Shown here: in pieces, positions 29,813 to 39,788 of the stretch
Layout of the letters: every line of letters starts with the position of its first letter
Position numbering within the stretch: the first letter of the stretch is position 1
Origin: Thermodesulfobacteriota bacterium
GTDB lineage: Bacteria; Desulfobacterota; Desulfobulbia; Desulfobulbales; SURF-16
DNA length: 64,000 nt
Assembly (NCBI GenBank): GCA_039715015.1
Contig: JBDLIE010000008.1
Span: 1-64,000 of the forward strand
Direction: 5' to 3'
Position numbers and translations under genes: made by a program
Notes under the pieces: model-generated
What the model saw: the letters and a program-made list of their open reading frames with translations, nothing else
The model's database searches: none
Told to the model about the DNA's origin: nothing

Positions 29813-31150
29813 TCAAAGGGGGGCATCATCACAGACAGCCTTGATAAAGTTGTGGGTAAAAATATCCTGCCAGCCGGCATAGGCCATGTCCATATCCACA
29901 TGCCAAGCATCCCGGCGACCGTGAAGATCAGCGCTCCAGAGCCGCATCTTTTGGCGGTCAAAGATCTCATCCACCGGCTGATAAAGAACATCGTTTAACA
30001 GGGAAAGAAGCTCGGTGACGCTGGGCAGCCGCCAGGCATCTACACCGCCGAAATGCTCCCTGTTGAGCTGGTCAAGGTAGTGTTGAGCCCCCCGGTGGGT
30101 GATGGGGTATTTGCTGCCGCCCTGTTGCCAGCAGAGTCCGGTTGCTCGGTCCTTGATCACGCCGTTTCCTATATTTTCCAGGCAGTTATCAATATAGGTG
30201 AGAGGTTGTGATCTTTCATTAAGGCCCAGAAAATTACGGGCCTTGCCTCCCCAGATGTTTATAGGTTTTTTGCGCAGGGTGACTGTCGGGCAGGACGTGT
30301 TGGCAGGTGCGGCGTAATCTTTTTGGCGTTGGAGGTCCTCCTGCCAATGGACCTCCAGTTTATCAAGCTCAGTACACATTTCGTCTGCCCTTTGAAAACG
30401 TTGTTCAGGATTGAAATGAAGGGCTTTTATGAAAAAGGCATCCCAGCTTTGATCGTAAAGGGGGTTGATGGCGCTTAGGGAAAACTGAGCCATGCCCGGC
30501 AGCAGGCCGGTGAGCATACGGTAGAGGAGAACGGCCGCTGAATAAAGATCGGCTCGGCCATCCACCCTGTCCGGAGCTTTGATCTGTTCCGGGGCTGCGT
30601 AGAAGGGGGAGCCAATATTGATGTTGGTGGATCCGGAAAATGGTGTGGTGGCAGACAGGGCCATGCCGAAATCACAAATTTTTAGCTGGTCATCATCGGT
30701 GATCAGCAGGTTTTGGGGCTTGATGTCGCGGTGGATAACACCGTTATGATGGAGGCAGGCAATGCCTGCCAGGAGCTGTCGGCCATAATCGAGAACCTTG
30801 TCGGGCCGGATGATCCGGGAGCGGTTCTCCAGGCGAAAATCCTCGCCAATCATGTCGCCGAGATTGTGAGAGAAAAACTCCATGACAAAAAAAGGCCGCC
30901 CCTTGGCATCTTCGTTGTAATCCCAAACATCGACCACCGCTGGATGCTTGATGGCGGCCATGGTCATGGCCTCGGCCATAAAGATTTCTTTTAAGGCGGC
31001 AGCCCCTATCACCATTTCCATACTCTCAAAGGGATCAAAGAGTTTGACGGCCACCACCTTATTAATGGTGGGGATGATTGCCTTGTAAATGGCGCCCATG
31101 CCGCCCTTTCCCAGTTTGCGAATGATCTGATAGCGTCCGATTTTCTGCAT
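29813..31150 (-). CDS. Hanks-type Ser/Thr protein kinase with C-terminal DUF1566 (Lcl-type) domain
   Basis: GKGGMG, VAVK, HRDIKPQN, DFG, APE; C-terminal DRATGLCWQ..WRLPSVTELLSL. Confidence 0.88.
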   Translation of the reverse strand: MQKIGRYQIIRKLGKGGMGAIYKAIIPTINKVVAVKLFDPFESMEMVIGAAALKEIFMAEAMTMAAIKHPAVVDVWDYNEDAKGRPFFVMEFFSHNLGDMIGEDFRLENRSRIIRPDKVLDYGRQLLAGIACLHHNGVIHRDIKPQNLLITDDDQLKICDFGMALSATTPFSGSTNINIGSPFYAAPEQIKAPDRVDGRADLYSAAVLLYRMLTGLLPGMAQFSLSAINPLYDQSWDAFFIKALHFNPEQRFQRADEMCTELDKLEVHWQEDLQRQKDYAAPANTSCPTVTLRKKPINIWGGKARNFLGLNERSQPLTYIDNCLENIGNGVIKDRATGLCWQQGGSKYPITHRGAQHYLDQLNREHFGGVDAWRLPSVTELLSLLNDVLYQPVDEIFDRQKMRLWSADLHGRRDAWHVDMDMAYAGWQDIFTHNFIKAVCDDAPL

Positions 31151-31165
31151 GATCGTCGTGGGCCT

Positions 31166-31894
31166 TTAAAGAAGTCGGCTGGCGTTGGAGGCGTGGAAAC
31201 CTAATTTTTTAAGAAGGGCCACGGTTTCTGCAACATCATACTCCAGGGCCCGGATTTCCAGGCTGTTTGATTCGGTATTCCATAGGCCATATTTTGCACT
31301 GTTTCCTTTGCCGTCTCGGGGCTGGCCGACACTGCCGACATTGTTAATGTGACGCCACATGTCATTAAGCAGCACTTGACCGATCTCCGCTTTTTCTGCC
31401 CAATATCTTTTGCCGTCAGAGAGGTAGCGGCCAAAGGCGTGGGTGTGGCCGTAAAAGCAGTACTGCTCCGGATAGGTGGCAAAGGTTCGCTCCAGCCTGG
31501 TTGGGGAAGGGTTCTGGAGATAGGTGGTCACTGACTCAGGAGGGCAGCCATGGACAAAGCGAGTGTTGTTTTCCACCCGGAAAGAAGGGAGAGAGGTTGA
31601 GAAGGCGATGGTTTCCGGGCCCATCAATTTCCTGGTCAGTGCCAGTGAATCTTGAACCACAAAATTAAGACGCTTTAAGTAGCTTTTGCTTTTTAAGGCC
31701 AATTCATGGTTGCCAAGGATTGATCTGGCATCCCGGGCCATAAGGGCCTGGACAACCTCTTCAGGCTGCGGACAGTAGCCGATATTGTCGCCCAGGGTGT
31801 AAATCAGGTCAACGTCGTGGCCATCAATGTCAGCCAGCACGGCCTGGAGGGCCTGGTAGTTGCCGTGGATATCGGAAAGGATAGCAAGAAGCAT
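31166..31894 (-). CDS. Calcineurin-like metallophosphoesterase
   Basis: SDIHGN, LGDNIGY, GNHE, HGCP, GHTH, NVGSVGQPRD. Confidence 0.9.
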   Translation of the reverse strand: MLLAILSDIHGNYQALQAVLADIDGHDVDLIYTLGDNIGYCPQPEEVVQALMARDARSILGNHELALKSKSYLKRLNFVVQDSLALTRKLMGPETIAFSTSLPSFRVENNTRFVHGCPPESVTTYLQNPSPTRLERTFATYPEQYCFYGHTHAFGRYLSDGKRYWAEKAEIGQVLLNDMWRHINNVGSVGQPRDGKGNSAKYGLWNTESNSLEIRALEYDVAETVALLKKLGFHASNASRLL

Positions 31895-31992
31895 GGGCTT
31901 ATTATGAAAGGTTATGGTGGAAGAGGTGTCTCCATCCACCATAACCGATTTACAGGGCTAAGTTCAATTTGTGAAGAATTTATGGTTGCCTT

Positions 31993-32008
31993 AGCAAATG
32001 TGTTGCCA
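31993..32008 (-). promoter_or_regulatory. Possible sigma-54 promoter for the phosphoesterase-kinase operon
   Basis: Minus strand TGGCAACACATTTGCT with correct GG-N10-GC spacing. Confidence 0.45.
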
Positions 32009-32094
32009 GGATAAGAAAGTGCTTTGTCATGGCCAATATGGTAAAATTTGATCACGGTCAACCTTTCCGCCTTTATCCAAAAAAAGGAGATAGT

Positions 32095-33570
32095 ATGGGT
32101 GAAAAACTAAGTTTAAACAAGAAGCTGACAGGGATTCTCCTGGTGTTCTTGGCCATTGGAGTCATCAACTCGGTGACCATCTACACCGTGGTCAATCAGC
32201 AAATTGAAAATGCCCGGGCCATTAATTTTGCCGGCCGGCAACGGATGCTCACTCAGAAGATGAGCAAAGAGGCCTACATGCTGATTATCAAGGCGGAGAA
32301 CCAGGATGACCTTGGCGAGCACCGTAAAAAAACACAGGCAACGGTTGAGCTTTTTGACACCACCCTGAAAGGCCTGATAAATGGCAGTGACGAACTGGGT
32401 CTCAGTGCGGCAACGGCGCCGGAGGTGGTTGAGGGGTTGCAAAATGTCCAGACCTCCTGGCTGGATCTCAAGAAAAAATTTGAGAATCTGCTGGCCATAG
32501 AGGATCCCTCCTCTGATGAAGGTTATGAGGCCCTGACCGTTATCAGCGCCAAGAATGTCCCCCTCTTAAAGGCGATGAATCACACGGTCATGCTCTACGA
32601 GAAGAACAATAATGCCAGCAAGGTTATTATCAGCCAGGCCATCCTGTTGCTACTCACTGTGATCGTGGCTTTTGTGGCCTGGTTTTTTACTCGAAAGTTT
32701 ATTGTCCACCCCATCAAGCAGAGTAATCAAATTTTGCATGATTGTGCCGAGGCCATGCAGAGCGCCTCTTCCACTATGAGTTCTTCAGCCATCGATATTG
32801 CAGATCGAGCCTCTGCTCAGGCCGCATCCCTGGAGGAATCATCGGCATCCCTGGAGGAAATTACCTCCATTGCCAAACAAAATACCGACAATACCGGCGA
32901 ATCCAATCAGCTTGTTCAGGATACCCAAAAGGTGGTGAGTCAGGCCAACGATCTTATGACGCGGATGGCGGCCTCCATGGGCGACATCTCCGAGGCGGGC
33001 CATGAGATCAGCAAGGTTATCAAGACCATTGACGAGATTGCCTTTCAGACCAACCTGCTGGCCTTAAACGCTGCTGTGGAGGCGGCCCGGGCCGGCGAGG
33101 CAGGGGCCGGTTTTGCCGTGGTGGCTGATGAGGTTCGCAATCTCGCCATGCGGGCGGCAGATGCGGCCAAAAACACCTCGGAGATGATTGCCGGGGTTAT
33201 CCAGAAGATTGATGACGGCTCCCGCTTGGTGAGTGAATCCACGGAATCCTTTGATGAGGTCTATAATCGTTCCAACAAGGTGGCATCCTTGACCGGTGAG
33301 ATTAAGGATGCCATAGCTGAGCAATCTGTGGGCATTGATCAAATCCATCTGGCTATTAATGAAATGGACCAGTCAACCCAACAAAACGCCGCCAGCGCCG
33401 AGGAGTCGGCCTCCCTGGCCCAGAACATTAAAAATGACGCCGCCCAGCTTTTGGGCATTGTTAAGGAGCTTACCAACCTTGTTGAAGGGGCCGGTGATGG
33501 AATGACAACAGGCGCCGGGCTCATGGCCTCCCATGGCAGTGATGAAGGTGTCCCGTTGTTGGCTAGATGA
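32095..33570 (+). CDS. Methyl-accepting chemotaxis protein with PilJ/NarX-type sensor domain
   Basis: AINFAGRQRMLTQKM P-box-like motif; signalling hairpin IAFQTNLLALNAAVEAARAGEAGAGFAVVADEVR; AAGGAG RBS. Confidence 0.93.
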   Translation: MGEKLSLNKKLTGILLVFLAIGVINSVTIYTVVNQQIENARAINFAGRQRMLTQKMSKEAYMLIIKAENQDDLGEHRKKTQATVELFDTTLKGLINGSDELGLSAATAPEVVEGLQNVQTSWLDLKKKFENLLAIEDPSSDEGYEALTVISAKNVPLLKAMNHTVMLYEKNNNASKVIISQAILLLLTVIVAFVAWFFTRKFIVHPIKQSNQILHDCAEAMQSASSTMSSSAIDIADRASAQAASLEESSASLEEITSIAKQNTDNTGESNQLVQDTQKVVSQANDLMTRMAASMGDISEAGHEISKVIKTIDEIAFQTNLLALNAAVEAARAGEAGAGFAVVADEVRNLAMRAADAAKNTSEMIAGVIQKIDDGSRLVSESTESFDEVYNRSNKVASLTGEIKDAIAEQSVGIDQIHLAINEMDQSTQQNAASAEESASLAQNIKNDAAQLLGIVKELTNLVEGAGDGMTTGAGLMASHGSDEGVPLLAR

Positions 33571-33623
33571 TGGACAGACACTGGCTAAGAGTGTTGCTGA
33601 ACAATTAAACAGGGCAGGATCCG

Positions 33624-34430
33624 ATGTGTGAATTTTGTACAAAGCATGGCGATGGCAAGATCTGGTTTAAAAATGCCGCTAATTATGGCAAGGATCTGAT
33701 GGCCGACCTTGAGCGGCGTGACTATATCAAGGGTTTTTTTAACTCGACCATTGAGGAGGGCATTGTGACCCTGGGTCGCCTGGAAACCCTGTACCAGAAG
33801 AAGAAACAGCTGCCGGGCCGGGTGGTCAAGGCCATGGTGGACAAGGCCAAGGACGAGCATTTCGGCCAGGTGGTGACCATAGAGGATATCCGGGAGATGG
33901 TGGGCAAGGCCGCCACCGTGGTCCGCCTGCCCTGCGCCTGCCGCTGGGCCTCGATGAAAACGGAAAACCGCTGCTGCTATAGTGTGAGCTATAGCCCGGA
34001 CGCCTGGTACGATGACCTGGATATGGGCTATTTCGGCCTGGCCCAGGACGAGGGCTTGGAAAGGGTTAACCCTGAAGAGGCCATTGGCCAGATGGAGAAG
34101 CTGGAGAGCCAGGGCGCAGTGCACACCATCTGGACCATGATGACTCCTTTTGTCGGGGCGATCTGCAACTGTCAGCCCGGCGATTGCCTGGGGCTGCGTA
34201 CCCTGTCTCTGGATGTGGAGACCATGTTTCGCGGCGAGCAGGTGGCCAGGGTGGATGAGGAGCTGTGCAGCGGCTGCGGGTCCTGTGAGGAGGCCTGCCA
34301 GTTTCAAGCCATCAGCAGCCAGCAGGTCAGTGGTGACCACAAGGCCGTGATTAATCCCCAGCAATGCTTTGGCTGCGGACTCTGCCGTAATGCCTGTCCG
34401 GAAGAGGCCCTTTCCATGGTGGGGCGGTAA
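33624..34430 (+). CDS. 4Fe-4S dicluster ferredoxin-domain protein
   Basis: CSGCGSCEEAC and CFGCGLCRNACP; extra Cys clusters CEFC, CACR, ICNC..C. Confidence 0.85.
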   Translation: MCEFCTKHGDGKIWFKNAANYGKDLMADLERRDYIKGFFNSTIEEGIVTLGRLETLYQKKKQLPGRVVKAMVDKAKDEHFGQVVTIEDIREMVGKAATVVRLPCACRWASMKTENRCCYSVSYSPDAWYDDLDMGYFGLAQDEGLERVNPEEAIGQMEKLESQGAVHTIWTMMTPFVGAICNCQPGDCLGLRTLSLDVETMFRGEQVARVDEELCSGCGSCEEACQFQAISSQQVSGDHKAVINPQQCFGCGLCRNACPEEALSMVGR

Positions 34431-34431
34431 T

Positions 34432-34836
34432 ATGGAAAATAAAGGGCAAATCCCGCCACCGGCCAGAGGTCTGCAGCGTATCATCAGGGCGGCAGGCTAT
34501 TCCTGGGCCGGCCTCTGCTTCACCTTTAAAAACGAGGCCGCCTTCCGCCAGGAGATTCTGCTCAGCCTTGTCCTGGCGCCGCTGATTATTTTTCTGCCCC
34601 TCCCCCTGCTGGCCAAGCTTTACCTGACAGGATGCCTGGCCCTGGTCCTGATCTGCGAGCTTGCCAACACCGGCCTTGAGGTCATCATCAACCATGTCTC
34701 GCCCCACTATAGTGAGGCGGCCAGGGACGGCAAGGACATCGGCAGCGCCCTGGTCTTTGTCAGCCTGGCCAACCTGGCTGTCTCTTTTCTGGCCTTGGTG
34801 CTCCCCCTCGTGTGGCACCTCTTTGAGAAGAATTAG
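34432..34836 (+). CDS. dgkA: Diacylglycerol kinase
   Basis: YSWAGL...NEAAFRQE, ELANTGLE, KDIGSA. Confidence 0.88.
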   Translation: MENKGQIPPPARGLQRIIRAAGYSWAGLCFTFKNEAAFRQEILLSLVLAPLIIFLPLPLLAKLYLTGCLALVLICELANTGLEVIINHVSPHYSEAARDGKDIGSALVFVSLANLAVSFLALVLPLVWHLFEKN

Positions 34837-35127
34837 GGGCAACAAGGCCTAGCCCCGAAGATGGCCTCTCCATAGCCTCTGTTGGCAGCAGGGACTTGAC
34901 GCAGGCAGCGTTTACGGCCACTCTAGCTCTCTTCTTTCGCCGCCGCCTATCGAATTTCTCGATTTTAGTTTTCAATTAAATATAGCCAACCAGGCATTCT
35001 GCGGTTATTATTGCCTCATTTTAAATGAGAGATGCAGCATGCCTGAAGTGCTTGGGGCGGGCAGCTGCTTAATTTTTCAGGGCAGAACTCACTAGGGGGC
35101 AGTGGGAAACCGGTAAGAGGACCAGGC

Positions 35128-37041
35128 ATGTTACAGGCTGATCAGCGTTCAAAACTGCTTCACCATTATTTTTTTATTTCTTATCTCATCATTCTTGGCC
35201 TCACCTGCGGCTTTCTCGATGACATTGATATCCATGACCGGCGCACGGGTTTCTTTGTGTTGGCCACCCTGCTGAGTTCAAGTTTTTTCTATCTTCTCCC
35301 TGCCATTTTTTTGAGCAAGGTGGTGCATTTTTTCCTAACCTGCCGCTTGCTCAGCCCCTGGGGTTTTATCAAGAGGTGGGGCCTTATTGTCGATTTTGGC
35401 GTGGCCATAGGGGCTGTTGCCATGGTGGAGCTCCTGCTCTTTGCGGACAGGACCGTCTTTTCCCTCTTTGGCTTTCATATCAACGGCTTTGTCATCAACC
35501 TGGTAACGACCCCCGGTGGCATGGAGTCCATGGGCGCGGGTGGGGCGGCAAACCTGATTGGTTTCCTGGCTGTCGTGGCCCTTTTGGCGGCCCAGATCAT
35601 TGTCCTCTGGCTGTTACATAGATTGTCGTCCAGGGATGGCTGGCGCCTCTCCTCCTGGCCCGGCAAAATGTATCGTTATGGCCTGGTGGTCATCTTGCTG
35701 CTCGGGGTTACGGAAAAGGCGACCTATGCCATGAGTAATCTTAAGGATTTTCAGGAGGTGCTGGTGGCGGCCCGGCTCTTTCCCGTTTATCAGCCCTTGA
35801 CCATTAACAGCCTGGCCAGGAAACTGGGGGTGGAGGTCAAGCGCCAGGAGGTGATGGCCATTGATGATGAGATAAGCAGACTGGCCTATCCTTCCCAGCC
35901 CATACAGGTATCTGCCCCAGAAAAGCCCTTCAATATTGTCTGGCTGGTCTCTGAATCGTGGCGGGCCGACATGCTGGACCCGCAGATCATGCCGGCAACC
36001 TGGAAATTTTCAAGGGGGGCCCAGCGTTTCAGCAACCATTACAGTGGCGGCAATGGCACCAGAATGGGGCTGTTTTCCATGTTTTACGGGGTGTATGGTC
36101 CCTACTGGTTCTCCTTTTTGGGCGAGGGCCGGCAGCCGGTCATTATGGATGTTCTCCAGGACCAGGGATACCAGCTGGGCCTCTATACCAGCGCCAAGTT
36201 CTCCTATCCGGAGTTTGATAAGACAATCTTTGCCGGTGCGCCCCCGGAGACCCTCCATTCTCACCAGGAGGGCTTGGGCTGGAAAGCAGACCGTCATAAT
36301 GTCGGCGAAATGCTCAGCTTCATAGAGGGACGGGATCGTGGCCGCCCCTTTATGGCCTTCATGTTTTTTGAGTCTCCCCATGCCCGTTACTACTTTCCTG
36401 AAGAGAGTGTTATCCGCCGCCCCTATCTTGAGGATTTTAACTACGCCACCATGTCCCTGGAGAGAGACATGGAGCTCATCCTTAACCGTTATATCAACTC
36501 CTGCCATCATCTCGACAGCCAGCTTGCGCGGGTCTTTTCCTATCTTGAGGATAATGATCTTCTGGAAAACACCGTGGTTGTCGTTACCGGAGACCACGGC
36601 GAGGAGTTCATGGAAAAGGGCCGTTGGGGCCATAATTCAGAATTTCACCAGGAGCAGGTGCGTGTCCCCCTTCTCCTCTGGCTGCCAGGCAGGGGGGCGG
36701 GGGAGCACAGCAGGATGACCAGTCATCTCGATATCGCTGCCACCCTGATGCCGCTGCTGGGGGTCAAAAATGACAGCAGGGACTACTCCTTGGGTTTTGA
36801 CCTCATGGGTCCAGAGCAGCGCGACTTTACCATCATCAGCGATTGGTCCCGCATCTGTTATGTCAATGAGGATTATAAGTCAGTGATACCCATGAAGGCC
36901 CAAAGAATGCTGGGCAGCAAGACCACCACGACGGATGATAGAGCCGTTGCTGAACCGGCCCTTTTTTACCAAACACACATGGATTCCCTCCAAGAGGTGT
37001 TGCAAGGTCTCGGCAAGTTCAAACGGCGCAACGCATCATGA
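35128..37041 (+). CDS. Membrane-anchored sulfatase/alkaline-phosphatase-superfamily protein (YejM/PbgA- or LtaS-like)
   Basis: About five N-terminal TM helices; NIVWLVSESWRAD, HYSGGNGT, TGDHGEEF, WGH, TSHLDI. Confidence 0.82.
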   Translation: MLQADQRSKLLHHYFFISYLIILGLTCGFLDDIDIHDRRTGFFVLATLLSSSFFYLLPAIFLSKVVHFFLTCRLLSPWGFIKRWGLIVDFGVAIGAVAMVELLLFADRTVFSLFGFHINGFVINLVTTPGGMESMGAGGAANLIGFLAVVALLAAQIIVLWLLHRLSSRDGWRLSSWPGKMYRYGLVVILLLGVTEKATYAMSNLKDFQEVLVAARLFPVYQPLTINSLARKLGVEVKRQEVMAIDDEISRLAYPSQPIQVSAPEKPFNIVWLVSESWRADMLDPQIMPATWKFSRGAQRFSNHYSGGNGTRMGLFSMFYGVYGPYWFSFLGEGRQPVIMDVLQDQGYQLGLYTSAKFSYPEFDKTIFAGAPPETLHSHQEGLGWKADRHNVGEMLSFIEGRDRGRPFMAFMFFESPHARYYFPEESVIRRPYLEDFNYATMSLERDMELILNRYINSCHHLDSQLARVFSYLEDNDLLENTVVVVTGDHGEEFMEKGRWGHNSEFHQEQVRVPLLLWLPGRGAGEHSRMTSHLDIAATLMPLLGVKNDSRDYSLGFDLMGPEQRDFTIISDWSRICYVNEDYKSVIPMKAQRMLGSKTTTTDDRAVAEPALFYQTHMDSLQEVLQGLGKFKRRNAS

Positions 37042-37203
37042 AAAATCAGCATTGTTTATGATGGAGAAGAGGGACATTATGCCAGGGCGGTGAAGATGAA
37101 GGCCCTTTGCACGGCAATCCTCTTTGCTCAATTCCGGCATTGATGGCGGGATTGGAAATTGCGATCTTGAGTGAGATATATTTCGGCAATGGCGATTGGC
37201 AGG

Positions 37204-37677
37204 TCACGCCATGCAGCATTTCTTGAACTTCCTGGCCCTGCCGCAGGGGCAGGGATCGTTGCGCCCCACCTTTTTGGCTTCGCCGTCAGAACCCTGTATC
37301 TCTCCATCCACATAGAACCAGCGCCCTCCTTCTTTGACAAAACGGCTCACCTCATGGAGGGAGCCGCTGGTGCCCTGGCTCATATAATGGGCCTTGAACT
37401 CAACAACCCCTCGGTCATCATTTTCTGAGCCTTCTGTGCTTGCCAGGATCTCCAGCCTGCACCAGTTGGCTGAGCCTTTTAGGTTTAGATCTTTGGGGGC
37501 GGTGGTGGGGTGCCAGGAGTTCAAGAGGTAAGCGGCATTGGCCAGGGTGAAGGCGCTGTAGCGAGAACGCATCAGGGCTTCGGCTGTGGGGGGCAGTTGG
37601 CCCAGCTCCACAAATGGTTGGCAGCAGGCACCATAACTCAGGCCCGTGCCGCAGGGGCAGGGTGTTTTTTTCGTCAT
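37204..37677 (-). CDS. ychJ: YchJ family SEC-C motif protein
   Basis: CPCG..Y..CC, TAEALMRSRYSAF, WFYVDG, GRNDPCPCG..KFKKCC. Confidence 0.9.
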   Translation of the reverse strand: MTKKTPCPCGTGLSYGACCQPFVELGQLPPTAEALMRSRYSAFTLANAAYLLNSWHPTTAPKDLNLKGSANWCRLEILASTEGSENDDRGVVEFKAHYMSQGTSGSLHEVSRFVKEGGRWFYVDGEIQGSDGEAKKVGRNDPCPCGRARKFKKCCMA

Positions 37678-37946
37678 TGGCAGTGATTTTTTCCAGCCCG
37701 GGCAATGAGGGCTTTTTTCTGATTGGCTGTCATCTGTTTTATGGCGTATTCACGCTTGCTTGCTGCCGAACGTGACTCGGCCTTTTCAAGATAAACAAGG
37801 CTGACAGGTCGTCGGGACCGGGTATATTTGGCACCGTCTGGGCCGCTGTTATGGGCGGTGAGGCGTTTGTCCGGATCTGTGGTGATGCCGGTGTACAGGG
37901 TCTGGTCTTGACATCTGACCATATAGACAAACCAGTTTGTCGCCAT
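37674..37946 (-). CDS. GIY-YIG nuclease family protein (YhbQ/UPF0213-like)
   Basis: WFVYMV..LYTGIT..R...HN..GAKYTR..RE..IK. Confidence 0.88.
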   Translation of the reverse strand: MATNWFVYMVRCQDQTLYTGITTDPDKRLTAHNSGPDGAKYTRSRRPVSLVYLEKAESRSAASKREYAIKQMTANQKKALIARAGKNHCQ

Positions 37947-38059
37947 TTTTCGCTCTTTTCCCCCGACCAAAGATCTTTAGATATCAAGCACTTCCTGTCT
38001 CGGGGCTCTCCTTCTGTTTTTTTATGGGGAGTATTTGATGATTTTCCTTCCTGGTGCCA

Positions 38060-38224
38060 ATGAGCCAATACTATTCAAAAAGACAAAATTTTGCAGGGTT
38101 TCTTCTCACCCTGCTGGTGGCGGCGACTCTCTCCTGGCCTTGGATGGCACTGCCACCGATGATAATAGTATGGCTGGGCTGGGCCGTTTCCCGGGCCCTG
38201 GGCATGGATTTTTCGGAAGCTTGA
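38060..38224 (+). CDS. Small membrane protein (54 aa; not in ORF track)
   Basis: MSQYYSKRQNFAGFLLTLLVAATLSWPWMALPPMIIVWLGWAVSRALGMDFSEA*. Confidence 0.4.
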   Translation: MSQYYSKRQNFAGFLLTLLVAATLSWPWMALPPMIIVWLGWAVSRALGMDFSEA

Positions 38225-38507
38225 TTCTTTTGCCAGGAAAACCTTCCTGCTGCTACCCATTCTGTTGTTCTGTGTTTCTTCTTGGCCACTATATAGAGTG
38301 GCATCAATTTTTGCCTTAAACCTCAGTCATTATTTGAGATTGGCTATTTACGGCCATTTTCCTGTTTAAGTAGGCGAAATGGAAATGTTTTTATTGACCT
38401 GGTTTGAGGTTGGCAATAGAGTGTTTTTTGGTTTTTTCTGTGCGTAACATGTTGAATTTACGAATATACATAAAATACTTGTTGAATTAACAGCTGTTTA
38501 GAGGAGG

Positions 38508-39788
38508 TTGCGTGCTGTGGGTGATTGGCTGGAGCAGGATTTCAGACGCCTTACCTATCTGATTCAATACAACCCCAACACCATCATTCTCACCGGTATT
38601 ACAGGTGAGATTGAGTACGTCAACGCTGTTTTCACCTCTAATACAGGCTATGGGGCTGATGAGGTTGTCGGGCAGCCCGTTGATAAGCTGGGCCTTGATG
38701 ATTTAAGCACCAATACCAAGGCCTACGTCTGGCAAAATATTCTCGATGGCTATGTCTGGGAAGGTGAGCTGGTCAGTATCAAGAAGGATGGCAGCCATTT
38801 TCCGGAACAGGTTTTTGTCCTTCCCATCACTGACGAGCAGGATCGCGTAACCTCGGTGGCCTTTATTAAAAGGGACATCAGCGAGAGAAAATTCGCCGAA
38901 CATGGCCTTTTAGAACTGACCGGCAATCTGGAGCAGCGGGTGCTTGAACGCACCAGCGAACTTGACGCCTCCAATAAAGAGCTTAAGGACACCCTGGAGA
39001 GACTCCAGGGCATGCAGAACCATCTGGTGCAGACGGAAAAGCTGGCCTCCTTGGGAGAGCTCATTGCCGGTGTGGCCCACGAGATCAACACGCCGGTGGG
39101 CATCGCTTATACAGCTTCGACCCATTTTCGCCAAAACGCCCGGGATATTGCCGAACGCTATGAGCGGGGGGATATGAAGCGGAGCGAGCTTGAAGATTTT
39201 CTGGATGTATGCCTGGAGTCGAGCAGGCTGTTAATCTCCAACCTGGACAGGGCCAGTGAGCTTATCCGCAGTTTTAAGCAGGTGGCCGTTGATCAGTCCG
39301 GCCAGGGCAAACGCCGTTTTTATTTGCGTGAATATATAGCGGAAATCCTCCTTAGTCTGCGGCCAGTATTAAAAAAGACCAGTCATGTGGTGGCCGTGGC
39401 CGGCGACAAGGATTTAATCTTAGATAGTTTTCCGGGGGCCTTTTTTCAGATACTTACCAACCTGATCACCAACTCCCTGAATCATGCCTATGATGAGGGA
39501 CAGGCGGGCAGGCAGGAGATTTCTTTCAGGAAAGACGACGGACAGCTTTTTTTGATCTTCAGGGATGATGGTAAAGGGATTGCAAAGGAGAATATTGAGA
39601 ATATTTTTTCGCCATTTTTTACTACAAACAGGGAAAAGGGAGGCAGTGGCTTGGGGCTCCACATTGTCTACAATATTGTCAGTCAGCGGTTGCACGGAAC
39701 CATTAACTGCGAGAGTGAGCTTGGTAAGGGTACCACCTTCAACATAACCTTGCCTCTTCGCCAGGAAGGAGAAACCCCAGATGCTTGA
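38508..39788 (+). CDS. Cytoplasmic PAS-domain sensor histidine kinase
   Basis: PAS; EKLASLGELIAGVAHEINTP H-box; N, DDGKG, FFTT, GSGLGL boxes; start uncertain. Confidence 0.92.
   Translation: MRAVGDWLEQDFRRLTYLIQYNPNTIILTGITGEIEYVNAVFTSNTGYGADEVVGQPVDKLGLDDLSTNTKAYVWQNILDGYVWEGELVSIKKDGSHFPEQVFVLPITDEQDRVTSVAFIKRDISERKFAEHGLLELTGNLEQRVLERTSELDASNKELKDTLERLQGMQNHLVQTEKLASLGELIAGVAHEINTPVGIAYTASTHFRQNARDIAERYERGDMKRSELEDFLDVCLESSRLLISNLDRASELIRSFKQVAVDQSGQGKRRFYLREYIAEILLSLRPVLKKTSHVVAVAGDKDLILDSFPGAFFQILTNLITNSLNHAYDEGQAGRQEISFRKDDGQLFLIFRDDGKGIAKENIENIFSPFFTTNREKGGSGLGLHIVYNIVSQRLHGTINCESELGKGTTFNITLPLRQEGETPDA

Noticed and set aside
34960..35127. Riboswitch in the leader of the sulfatase-like gene (also considered 56990-57080)
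   Set aside because: Only short stems are present and I could not match the conserved core of any known riboswitch; an Infernal/Rfam scan would be needed.
37674..37946. GIY-YIG protein as a homing endonuclease or defence nuclease
   Set aside because: It is a small stand-alone UPF0213-type protein with no intron, intein or defence context.
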